Positions 15,440 through 26,760 of a DNA stretch of 64,000 nt are shown piece by piece (the stretch's first letter is position 1; each line of letters starts with the position of its first letter). The notes under the pieces were generated by a model. That model was not told the origin of the DNA and did not search any database. It was given only the letters and a program-made list of their open reading frames with translations. Source of the stretch: Veleropilina oligotropha (Eukaryota); NCBI GenBank assembly GCA_048128005.1, contig JBEUKZ010000135.1, positions 62,001 to 126,000 on the forward strand, read 5' to 3'. The translations under genes were made by a program, and so were the position numbers.

Positions 15440-16256
15440 GAATAACTTTGGACGGTGGGCTAAGTTCTAACGAAATTAATACCCAAACAAGTTACTTACT
15501 TGTCACCATGGAGTCAGCTTGTAGTGCCGAATCGCGTCCGCTCAGGATGGAATTACTGAGTATTACAATTCTACCCTTACCTCCGACTGAATTTTGACCA
15601 ATGAACCTGGGAAAAAACGCCAGAAGTGTTAGTCGGACAAGGTGACGCGAAAGTGCAATCAGCCCCAGGCAAGGCCGGAGGATAAATCCTGTAGGACTTA
15701 GATGTCATGGACCGAAGCAGCTTTTAGTAAACCCTGGGCGTCGAGGCCGGTAACCAAAAGATGCAGTCAACTTGCGACAAACATACAGCACCTGAAAAGG
15801 TTGTGAATGTAACTAGTTATGCAATTATTAATAGATATAAGTAATATATACATGTATATATTATATTCCATATTAATAACAAATTCGCTTGACCAAATAG
15901 CGAAATGCAAACATGTCCCCATGTTACTTAAAGAAAATTTAAAGATTGACTGATATTAAATTTTTCAATGTCGCAACACCGTAAGCTCATAACAGCAAAT
16001 GAACTTCAATAATATCAAAATCTAAAAAACCTTTTAAGATTTAGCATTATAAATGTTTAAATTCAATGTGAGTTGGCATGTGTCATGTGAACTCAGATAT
16101 GACAATTTATTCTCAGTCCAAAATAGAATTATTGGAACTGCAGACATCACAATGAAATCAACACTAATTGTTAGCAAAGCTTCACAATAGAGTTGCACAT
16201 AATGCGGAGTGAACTGTATAATTACTGAATTACCAATTAAGTATTTACAATACCTG

Positions 16257-17219
16257 TCACTGTGTATTTGACCTAGATGTCCTGGTAATGCAGTGTTGCG
16301 CAGCAACACATTGAACACTGGACAGACCATCCGCACCAGTCGAGAAATCGCGTAAATAATGCTTAACAAACACATTCGGGTTTCTCCAATACCCTGCCTG
16401 TAGCAGGGAGGTGATATTTAGACAATGTCTAAATGCCAGACTCGTCGATATCGCTCTCGTTTCATGGGCACGGACAGCAATCAGGTTGCGGTCAGCTTCG
16501 TTGGAACTGGAGTATATCTGTTGAACCGTTCGACAAATCCATCTCGAGATAGTATTCTTCGATACATCGCGGGTGAAATTTGGCAAATACGAAATAAACA
16601 AGCGTTTTTTGCCTCGTCGAAAATCACGTGTACGGTCCAGATAATATCGAAGCGCGCGCACCGGGCAGTTAAGGCGGTCGATATCGTTTCTACCAACAAT
16701 AGAAAGCGTAGGTATCACGACCTCCGGAGCAATATCGCCTGGCCGCTGGTTTTTAGCAATAAATCCCAATATAGGACGTAAAATGACCGATCCGTCAGAC
16801 TGGAATCTAATATCCCGGAGCTCTGCGGAGAAGCTGTGTATCTCAAAAACCCTTTTGCCCAACGCAAACGCAATTAGAAATACGGTTTTGTAGGTAAGGT
16901 TACGTATGGAAGCATTACGTAACGGCTCAAACTGGCTTTCTAGCAGAGCGTTAAGGATAAGAATAATATTCCAGGCATGCGGCCGCGCCATGCAAATCGG
17001 TCTTTCGAGTTCGTAGGACCTTATTAAATCGGAAATAGTATGATCTGACGATAAGTCAATTCGGGAACGACATTGCTTGAGCATAGTCGAGATCGAGGCC
17101 CGATAACCTTTGACGGCCGAGACCGACAGTCCTCGTTCGAATAACGACGTAATGAACTCGATAAATTTGTTCACAGGGGGACAGAGTATATTGACTTCCC
17201 GCCTGTGACACCAATCCAC
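16257..17219 (-). CDS. DIRS tyrosine recombinase (C-terminal part of ORF3)
   Basis: LGKRVFEI (catalytic Arg box), LNCPVRALRYY, AHETRA (HxxR), W...VFVKHYLRD (catalytic Tyr). Confidence 0.93.
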   Translation of the reverse strand: MDWCHRREVNILCPPVNKFIEFITSLFERGLSVSAVKGYRASISTMLKQCRSRIDLSSDHTISDLIRSYELERPICMARPHAWNIILILNALLESQFEPLRNASIRNLTYKTVFLIAFALGKRVFEIHSFSAELRDIRFQSDGSVILRPILGFIAKNQRPGDIAPEVVIPTLSIVGRNDIDRLNCPVRALRYYLDRTRDFRRGKKRLFISYLPNFTRDVSKNTISRWICRTVQQIYSSSNEADRNLIAVRAHETRAISTSLAFRHCLNITSLLQAGYWRNPNVFVKHYLRDFSTGADGLSSVQCVAAQHCITRTSRSNTQ

Positions 17220-19348
17220 ATATTTTGACCATCGGTAGTCATAGACTTTAGATGTAGATTGTCTTCGCGATCGGTAAATGCGGAGGGCTGTTGCGCGAGA
17301 AATCCTTTCTCAACAAGCGATCGTTCGATAACCGCCATGCGTGTAAACGAAGTTCGTTCGACGACGGGTGTAACACCCGTGAGCGCGGTTGCATTAGCAG
17401 GTCCGGCCTTTGCGGTAGCGCAAGCGGTCGATCGACGATGAGATCGAGAAGTCGGAAACCAAGACTGCGTGCGATTGAGAGGCGCTATTAGCGTTATCTC
17501 ACAGCGATCTCGCGATGCCTTCTGTAGTACAAGTCGTAGTATGGACGACGGGGGAAAGGCGTACGCGATCAGATTCTCCCATGGCATTGACAGCGCGTCG
17601 ACCGCTAGGGCGGCCGGGTCCGGGTACGGGGAGACATACAGAGGGAGTCGGTGATTGAACTCTGTTGCAAACAGATCGACTTGGGGTTGTGACCACCGGC
17701 GACAAATTTCCCGAGCTACCTGGTTGTGTAGCGTCCACTCTGTGTGTATTATCTGCGATTTCCGAGAGAGCGAGTCCGCTCGGACGTTCAATATTCCCGG
17801 GATGTGTCGTGCTCGTATCGTCGAGTTGAGGGACATCACTAGGCGGTGTAGGTCGATAGCCCGGTCGCACAGGGGACGCGAGCGAGTGCCGCCCTGGTGT
17901 TGAACGTATGCAATGACAGTCGTGTTGTCCGTGGCGAGCAGTATGTGCTTGTTGCGGAGATTTGACGCGAGGGACCGTACTGTCAGGTAGACCGCTTCTA
18001 ACTCTAGGAAGTTTATGTGTCGTCCCTGCAGGTCCGTCGGCCAAAGGCCCGATGTCTCGTAACTGTCGAGGTGACCCCCCCAGCCCTCGTTCGAAGCGTC
18101 CATGTATAGGAAGGCGTTCGGCTCTGGCGGGGAAATGGGAACCGACTGGCTCGGCAATGCAGGGTTCAGCCACACTGCTGCCGAGTGATTGAACCAATGC
18201 CGAAGATCTATACGATCCGTCCACTGTCCCGTCCGTTGCACCCAGCGGTCCCTGAAGGCCTGCTGTAACGGTCGTTTGTCCATTCGTCCTGTCGGTAGCA
18301 GGGGTGCTACCGACTCGATGTGCCCCAGGACAGTGGCCAGTTGTCGCGCCGTGGCTATCCCCGATAACCTCGTGTCCTGGATAACTGCGCGTAGGTTCAC
18401 GATACGTTTCTCGGTCGGCTTCGCGGTGTACCGGACCATGTCGAAGACGACCCCGAGAAACGTAAATGTCGTCGAGGGCACGAAGCAGGATTTCTAGTTG
18501 TTGATCTGTAATCCTAGGCGCTTCGCCGATGACAGGGTAACGCTCATAGACTGGAGGCACTGATCCCGGGACGCCCCGAGAATCAACCAGTCGTCGAGGT
18601 ACATGTGTACTCTGTGCCCTAGCGAGTGTAGGAAGGCCCCGGGAGCCTGTACTACCCGCGTGAAGATGTACGGGGCTGACGATAGACCGAACGGTAGACA
18701 CCTGAATTGGTAGATCGTCTCCCCGTGTATAAACCTGAGGTACTGATGAGCCGAGACATGCATCGGAACGTGTAAGTACGCATCTGTCAGGTCGATAGAC
18801 GCTGCCCAGTCGCCCGGACGGATGGCCGCTCGTATCTTCGAGAGTGTTTCTTGCTGGAACTTCTCGGTACGCAAATAGCGGTTGAGGTGCGAGAGATCGA
18901 TGATCGGTCTCCAGCGGCCATCGGGTTTCTGGACCAGGAAGAAATGGCTGTAAAATCCTGGTGTGCTGGGCGGCGCGGGATAGATGGCTCCCTTGAGGAG
19001 TAAGTCCCGCACTGCCTGGTCTAAGACCGCTTGCTTCTCTCCGTGAAGGAGGCGAGCGTGTCTTGGTGGTGGTGTCACGGATAGGGTTGGATGCCGGTTG
19101 AACGCCAACTTGTATCCAGCACTCACGACTGAGTGGACCCAGCTGCTGTCTGTCAGCTCTAGCCACGTCTGGCTGTAGCCTAACAGGCACGCTCCCACCG
19201 GCGGAAGCACGCAGCTGAGTTCGTCGCGAGTGCCGGCAACCCTAGGGCCGTGACGGCTTCCCTCTCCCGCTCTGACGGGATTTAGTTGGAGGGCCCTTCT
19301 TCTCGCTGGATTTCCGGGCCGGAGGCCCACCCCGAGAAGGTCTGGCAT
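17171..19348 (-). pseudogene. DIRS pol: reverse transcriptase, RNase H and DNA adenine methyltransferase-like domain, with one in-frame stop (18494-18496) and frameshifts near 17450 and 17300
   Basis: DLTDAYLHVP, LPFGLSSAPYIF, YLDDW; DASNEGWGG, HINFLEL, DNTT, ADSLSR; VDLFAT...YAFPP...LIAP...WFP. ORFs 18494..19348 and 17171..18481 share a frame. Confidence 0.92.
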
Positions 19349-21494
19349 GCTTGGAAGGTTTCGCGCCCCGAGGCGGGGCCGAGCGCTTCCTTGAGGGGGC
19401 AGGAGGAGTACCCCGAGCGGTAGTCAACACTGCGCGCTCAATCGCGCGATCTTTCAGCTCGACGGCTCTCTTGTCGACGAATTCGGTGAACTCGCCTCCG
19501 AAGAGAGTCGGGGCCGACAAGGGCACACATCGCAGAGAACGCCGGGTGGCGTCGTCTAACGATGTGCCCTCGAGGCAGGCGTCCCTACGAAGTAGGAGCG
19601 CGTTGCCTAAGACACTCGCAGACTCCAATGCGTTGTTCTCCGTGGCGGCAGCAACCTCGTGGAGGAAAGACAGGGCGGTCTCGCGAGCGCCGGGTCCGTC
19701 CTCCTGTAGAACGGCTATCGCACCGTCCGGGAACGAGTCCTGTACAGACGACAGCCGCAGAGCTCGTCGTGCAGAGATCTCGAAGGCATCCATGGCGGCC
19801 CATGGTACCTTCGCTACCGAGGGAGCTTGGCTGGCGGACAGACGACGCATCGCTACGTCAATCTGTGCTGGCTCAGCCACCAGGCACGGCTCAGAAAGGG
19901 CGATCGGCAAAGATCGCGTACTGGGCCGGAGGTATCTTCCTCTACGGAGGCCCCGAGGGAACTCCGTGAGAGAAGACGTCTCCACTGTCTTGCCTCCCTG
20001 AATGGCACGGGTGGTCTGATCCAGGACCAGATCCACCAAGCCAGACTGGGGGAGTACGGGAAGCTGGGGAGCCTCCGACTCAGCAAAACGGTGTGCTGCC
20101 GTCCTGTGCTTGATCGTACCTACCGGCCGGGCCGGGTCGGGGATATCTAACACCCCGCGAAGCGACGCGACTGCGTCGTATCTTCGGCGGGTGGCGGAGA
20201 TCGGCTCCTGCAAGCCTGATTGACTACGAGAGTCATCGGGACCGACCGATTCAAGAAGATCGGAGCGATCGGAGGGGACGTCCTCGTCGGAACGAGGGTC
20301 GACCGCCATCTCCGAGGCAGGAGCCGTGCTCTGGGCCACGAGCAGAGGAGCAGAGACCTGGGGCGGCTGAACAGCCGGAAGCCAGGCCCTACTGCGGGTC
20401 TCGAATTCCGCCGCAATCATCGCATGGACGCTCTCCATAGAGAGACCAACAGGCAAGACGGGCGTCGATCCAACAGCCAGTGGATCGCTCGAGGACATCG
20501 TGGCACATGGTAGACGGGCTGCTGGGCCAGGTTGATACGAGAACCAGGGTCTCGCATCGCCTGACGAGCGGTTACTACCGGGGAACTGGCCAAAAGGCGG
20601 GTTAACCGGAGCTCGACTTCCGAAAGACTGCGGCCACAGTCCCGTGGAGGTCGCCGCTCTGTTCAGTGGGTAGACGGGGTAAGCTCCCGCGTACATGCCC
20701 ATCCCGAACGCAGCCGGTCCGTCCGCGCCAAATAGTCTGCACCCAAAGGGGACAGGGGAGTCGGCGGGCCCTCCGACAAGACTGGGAGCTCCGAGGTGTA
20801 AGGACAAACCCTGGGAAGGGTCGGTCGCACCATCGGCCAGTGAGTCGGGTTGCGTTGGTGGTCCGGATCTTAAACCACTTTGGTGGTGTCCGGCAACTAT
20901 TCCAACTTTCTCTGCCGTCAGCTGTATGCCACTCGACATATAGCTTGTAACAGAAGGACTAGCCATCCCCTGCTCTTCCGAGGCCGGAAGAGAGGAAGGG
21001 GACTGCCTGCCCTGCTCAGCTGTTCGCTGTAAGGTCCGGTGTACCTTGCTAGCCGGCAAGGTACTATTGGACGCAGCTACTTGGCCCGGGGTTCGAGGAG
21101 AAACGGACTGCACTCGGGCTCCTCTTACCTGGTCTTGAACCTGGGACGCCGGCGAGGTTTCCACGGTTTTCCCCAAAACCGTAGCGGTTTCGTCGGCGGG
21201 TCCGGCGACCTGCGATGCCCCAGTTCGCTGGTCGCTTCGCATCCCTGAAACAGACGAATCAGAAAATAAACCTGACTTACCCGTCGTCTGTTCCTCCGGG
21301 GGGTGCCCAACCGAGACAGACTCCCTGGTAGTCCTAATCTCTTTTGGGTAAATGAGTGTCCACTGCCGATCCGTTAAACTTAGACATTTAGCACAAGGGT
21401 ATTTCTTAGCACAATTACGATGTATGCGACATACCGTATGCTTGTCGAAGCTGTGTATCTTTTGGTTACACTCAGGTTCACTGCAACAGATCAC
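19242..21494 (-). CDS. DIRS gag-like ORF1 (750 aa; start codon uncertain)
   Basis: N-terminal Cys/His cluster (C..PEC...HSFDKHTVCRIHRNC...PCAKC), low-complexity middle, C-terminal LLRRDACL...P....LFG segment typical of DIRS ORF1; sits first in the element. Confidence 0.8.
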   Translation of the reverse strand: MICCSEPECNQKIHSFDKHTVCRIHRNCAKKYPCAKCLSLTDRQWTLIYPKEIRTTRESVSVGHPPEEQTTGKSGLFSDSSVSGMRSDQRTGASQVAGPADETATVLGKTVETSPASQVQDQVRGARVQSVSPRTPGQVAASNSTLPASKVHRTLQRTAEQGRQSPSSLPASEEQGMASPSVTSYMSSGIQLTAEKVGIVAGHHQSGLRSGPPTQPDSLADGATDPSQGLSLHLGAPSLVGGPADSPVPFGCRLFGADGPAAFGMGMYAGAYPVYPLNRAATSTGLWPQSFGSRAPVNPPFGQFPGSNRSSGDARPWFSYQPGPAARLPCATMSSSDPLAVGSTPVLPVGLSMESVHAMIAAEFETRSRAWLPAVQPPQVSAPLLVAQSTAPASEMAVDPRSDEDVPSDRSDLLESVGPDDSRSQSGLQEPISATRRRYDAVASLRGVLDIPDPARPVGTIKHRTAAHRFAESEAPQLPVLPQSGLVDLVLDQTTRAIQGGKTVETSSLTEFPRGLRRGRYLRPSTRSLPIALSEPCLVAEPAQIDVAMRRLSASQAPSVAKVPWAAMDAFEISARRALRLSSVQDSFPDGAIAVLQEDGPGARETALSFLHEVAAATENNALESASVLGNALLLRRDACLEGTSLDDATRRSLRCVPLSAPTLFGGEFTEFVDKRAVELKDRAIERAVLTTARGTPPAPSRKRSAPPRGAKPSKHARPSRGGPPARKSSEKKGPPTKSRQSGRGKPSRP

Positions 21495-24339
21495 ACGGGT
21501 AGGAAAGGTAGTGGGAAACCGGGAATTTAAGGGATATCCGGGTAGTATGCTTCACGTGTTATTTAACTACTACACTTTTATAGGGGTCTCTAATCCGAAG
21601 TATATAGGATAAGACCGGATATTAACCCTAAATTTTTATAAATCACACTTCGAGTTGCTCTTTTTTAGCAACCCAAGGTACAGACAAGTATCCCGACTAG
21701 AAGTGACACCAAGCCCGACGTATAAGCTTTATTAAACGGCTTGTCGGAAACTAACAAATTGAATGCAGGAGGCTATATATATATATAGATAGAGGAGGCT
21801 ATATATAGATAACAGCCGCCTTTAAACACCTGAAAACCTCGTGGATGTTGATTTCAATAGGTTAGAGCTTTGGCGAAATATCCCAGATTCGGCAGATAGG
21901 CTAAATAACGCACGTTAATACCTAAATATCTGCCTTGTTAGCAACGCTAAATTCGATTGAACAAAGTTACTAAGAATTTAAACAAGATACGCCGCTAAGG
22001 AATTATCTAATATATATATGAATTACATGGTAATATCAAGCAATATTAGAAACAAAACACTTCTTCCTTTGAAAGGTTCGCCTATGCGAAACTTTCCCGC
22101 TTGAAGAACTTTCCCTCCTGAGCGGCCCTCTTTAGATCACTTTGTATATCCAAGATGGCGGGCCGAAAAACTCGTGGCCAGAATCACCTAACTTTTAAAT
22201 TTGATAATTCGACCTGAATACTCAATTCACACTCACTAATGCTTCTTCAGATTATAATTAATTATAATTGGCACAATATTGTGCGAAAGAAACTGTTTTA
22301 AAGTAACTTTTTTAAATCGTCTATTTTATTTATACTTCAAGCACGTCCGGACAGACTGACGGATGACTTAAAAATGAGATCAGCTCGATCTTGGTCTCTG
22401 AGGTCTCGCGAGACTTGGGCAGATCTCGTGGGAGGAACGTGAGAGGGGTGAGCAGGGGGGGTAAGCGTGTAAGATTTAAAAGAAAGTGAAATGCTTTTTC
22501 ACAGTTTCCGGTTTAGCGATAATATGGCTATTATGGCATTGGTAATGACGTAGAGTATATTGCTACTAATAAGCTACTTTAGAAAACAAAACGCACTGTT
22601 TTTAACTTTCACAATGTAAACAGAAGACGGTCGCTATTTTGGGACGTTAGCGTTACATTTTCATTTAATCCACCAATCAAAATCATTTAGACGCTACGTC
22701 AAATACGAATAATTAATTTATCGAATTTGCATGCGATGTGACAGTACTGTAAACTAGTTAATTAGTGATAAGTTTGCAGCTCAATTGTCCACAAAGCCCA
22801 AGTTAACTTCGACAGTGCCCAACTTCACGAAATTTCCTTCGACGAACGTCAGTCACCCAAATAATAAAATCGGACCCGATTTTATTATTTTTTACTTTTA
22901 ATTCGTAGGCGCTTCAGGGACTCTGTCGATAGAAATTTAAAATTGCAAAGTTTCTAACTTTAGCAAACTGGCAAAAATACGTTTGCGGTCTAAGGTTTAA
23001 AATTAATAGCGTTTTTCGCTACTTACGAGCAATACATCTTTAATTGAATTAAGTGTCCAGCCGATGATTATAACAACTCCAGATCAGGGAAGTGAATTGG
23101 GAGCCACACTTTTATCCATTACACGGAGTGGCTGAATACAAACAGACCTTTCATATTTGTTGGTGCATGTCTACACTATTTTCAGGCTGCCAAACCCAAA
23201 CTCATATTTGGGTTGAAATTTGCTCTAGGTACCATTTTACATTATTATTATGTATGTGCACATTAAAAAAAATTGCATGTCAATTTCCTTATTTTTAGAG
23301 TGTCATTACTTGTTGGCTATATCGATCAAATAAAAGAAACAATTTTGTAAGCATCCATATCCCAGATACTTGATAATGATAAATTAACCTCTCAGTATGT
23401 GCCATTTCGCTAGCCTGTCTGGGGACATTGATATTAGCAACATTCACGAGCATGCTAACAACGAATTTCGCGTGAAATATTTTAACCAATATAAATATTT
23501 AAAAGTCTGAATAATGTTTTATTGTTACATCCAACTTTTGTTATAATATCTATTAATCTTGAGTTGATAATCGAGATTTTTGTGCGAGTGTGATTTTAAC
23601 GTAACGTCTGTCCATTTTTCGTTGAACAAAAATGATTGCATTTGTCATTGAAAACGAAAGTTGATTTATAAAAACCATTATTCACAGACTAATTACTTCT
23701 ATCTTGAACTCGATTATTTATCAATTATGTCGTTTTGGTTCATACTTATCATGATATTCGATGTAATGTTTCCACGCTGTAACTTCTGTCCAAGCTTGGT
23801 TTTGTTACATGCTGTTTTATGTTTGGGATTCTAAAATTATATTACAGCAAATAGTAGTCGGCATTGCTGTAAAGAGCATGCACGGCACTGAAAACAATGC
23901 CTGGCACAGTTTCCGGTTCAGTAGCGGGAATTCTGAGGCAGTCTGCAGCAATTCAGTAACGTCTGTCCAATATGTTACGTGATTGCGATTTGAAAATTAA
24001 GTTACGTGATATCGAATATAACCAACAATATGGTCTATTCGGTGTATTATAATAATATGTCCATTTATACCGTGGTCCACTGGATTTATGAGGTGATATG
24101 GTAATGTAAACAACACCGATAAAATCGATACACATGTTGTTCATTAGACAGAAATCTAGGTCCAATCTACGTATCTTGGACAGACAGTACATTTCTGTCC
24201 TTTGTTACGTGTTTGTTAATATGGGAAATAGTGACCGAATATGGAAAGTTCCACGACAAGATTAGTTTCTGAAATGTTTACGATTACAACAGTTATTTAC
24301 TTGAGCAAGTTGAGGTCAGGTAGATACACAATTTTATCA

Positions 24340-24990
24340 CAATGTCGTGTAATGCGGACAGAAACAAAATGTCTGTCCCTGTTACATGATTCTCAGATTT
24401 CTGTCATAAAGGTATGAATTTAAGTCTGCTTGTAATTTATGTTACTATATGGTGCATCACTATACTATGGTTAACAGTTGAATTGAAAAAGAAAATATGT
24501 CAATGTAAAATAAATAATGTATACATAAAATCTAGATGTCATGTAATGCGGACAGAACCAAAATGTCTGTCCCTGTTACATGATCCTCAGAATTATGTCA
24601 TAAAGGTATGAATTTAAGTCTGCTTGTAATGTATGTTACTATATGGTGCATCACTATACTTGTTTAACAGTTGAATTGAAAAAGAAAATATGTCAATGTA
24701 AATAAATAATATATACATATAATTTAGATGTCATGTAATGTGGACAGAAACAAATTGTTATTTCTGTCTCGTTACGTGATTTTCTGTCCTGTTACATGTA
24801 TTTTTTAGAACGTGAAATATGAACCTTCCAATATATTTTACATTTTCAGATACAGTTCAAATCATCAGATTTTGAAATATAAACAACAATAAGGGTTTAT
24901 GGTTTCATTTTTATATTTTTTATTTCTAGTAATATAATATAATGTCTGTCCTGTTATGTGATTGTCTGTCCTGTTACATGATTATGTAAT
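24340..24990. repeat. ~197-bp tandem duplication and dispersed TGTCC(N)TGTTAC(A/G)TG motifs
   Basis: 24345-24540 is repeated at 24540-24740; the motif recurs between ~23800 and 25340. Confidence 0.6.
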
Positions 24991-26760
24991 ACGAAGAAGG
25001 TCTTTTCCGGGGTCAGACAGGTTATTTTGAAACACAAATTTTGCATGCCATATAGTAAATAGTATTGAAAAACACATCAACTTCAATTAGCAAAGAAAAT
25101 TATCATAGTCAGATTATGAAAAATCAATTTTGTATCAATAAATGGTGTGAAGAATTTACACAGTGCGATAAAATTAAAGCTTTCACAAACATATACGTAA
25201 TTTTAATTATATCATTAATTTTCAGATTATAACATTGATTGGTTCAAGTGGAAGTTACATTCTTTTACATTTTTAAGTACCACATGTCAACAAAAAGATC
25301 ACAAATAATGGTTACATCGTTTCTGTCCATGTTACGTGATTCGGTTTCAATCCAACACAAAATAGTGTATACAAATGAAAAAATAGTTGTCTTATGTTTT
25401 CGTTGTTTTTTCTCAAACAATTAGTGTGTGTATGCTTCAGAAAAGTACAATTGATATGTATTAGCCAGGTTTTTTTTTTATTCATGAATGTCCCCACAAA
25501 GCAAATTTCAACCCATTTATAAAAATTCAGTTTAATTACATGGTCAACTACAACCTGCCCTGTCTTTTCAAGTGCGATATTTAGATTGGTTTACAGATAT
25601 AAACAACAATACTAGGAGTATTATTTCACTTCTCTACAACTCAATTTGACAAAAAGTGTTGTCCAATATCCACTCATTTTTGCATAGCGTATATTTATGC
25701 CTGCCCCCCCCCCCCCCTCATGGTGTAATTTAGATTTATCTGGAAAAGAAAACACCATATCATCATTGTTTATTCCTGTAAAGATTTAAATAAGAGTAGC
25801 TTAATCATGTGACATCTTATCCTTATCAAATAGGGTCAATAGCTATTTTGTAATACGGTCATTCTCCATTTCGACACACTACCGCACTTTTTAAGACAAG
25901 AACCACGGTCCGATATGTCTCGCCCCTATAGATTTAGGAATTTACTATAAAAGTCCAAAAACACAAATGTTATATGCATCAATTATATGAAATTTTACTT
26001 CATGAATATCAATGCCAGAGTATTAGGTGATATCCATATAAACAATACCAAAGCATACATATTCCAAAAAGTGATTTTAGTAGCCAATATCCACTAAATG
26101 AAAAACTTCAACCAAAATTTCTATGTCCACAAACACCACTTTATTTTCATTAATTATATTAAAATTTATGCCATATTACTGCCAACGTATCAGGTGCCTT
26201 GAGCAAGCCATACACATTTGATGAAAAAGGTTAACCATAAAACTTTAACCTAAAGTTCACCTAAATTTCTATGTCCCAAAAGACCACAATATTTCCATTA
26301 ATTATAACAAAATGTATTCCATATTATTGCAAGAGTATCAGGTGACATCGGATGATCCATACAACCAATAACAAAGCATATATATATGCCAAAAAGTGCC
26401 TTGAGCAAGCCAAAGCATCTACACCATTTAACTACAATAAATTTATTTATATCTCTCCCTGAAGCTTTGTTGCTTGACTTGCGTCTGTGTCAGGAGACAG
26501 AGACAAGCTCAATAACAACCTGGCGGTGTCATTTAATAACACGCAAAATGATTGGCCTACAATTATTCATTGACCAATGAAAATGCGCGATAGGCATTCA
26601 GGATTGTAAGCCAAAATGGCGGTCATTGTTTGTAACATGAGCCGGATGCAACTTAGGCAGTGTCAGGATAACAACGTTTAGTGGTTTTGTAATAAACAGA
26701 ACCAAGTAAACTCATGAAACATTGATTTAATAACTTAGTGGACAGTCACAACACTGAAAT

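Larger units (their letters stand above)
15034..22572 (-). mobile_element. DIRS1-like retrotransposon, family A, structurally full length
   Basis: ITRs at ~15034-15273 and ~22364-22572; the ICR at ~15350-15439 is complementary to both outer termini; gag, RT/RH/MT and YR ORFs are in DIRS1 order. Confidence 0.96.

Noticed and set aside
19351..21248. Plus-strand ORFs within DIRS gag
   Set aside because: Antisense shadows of a GC-rich ORF.
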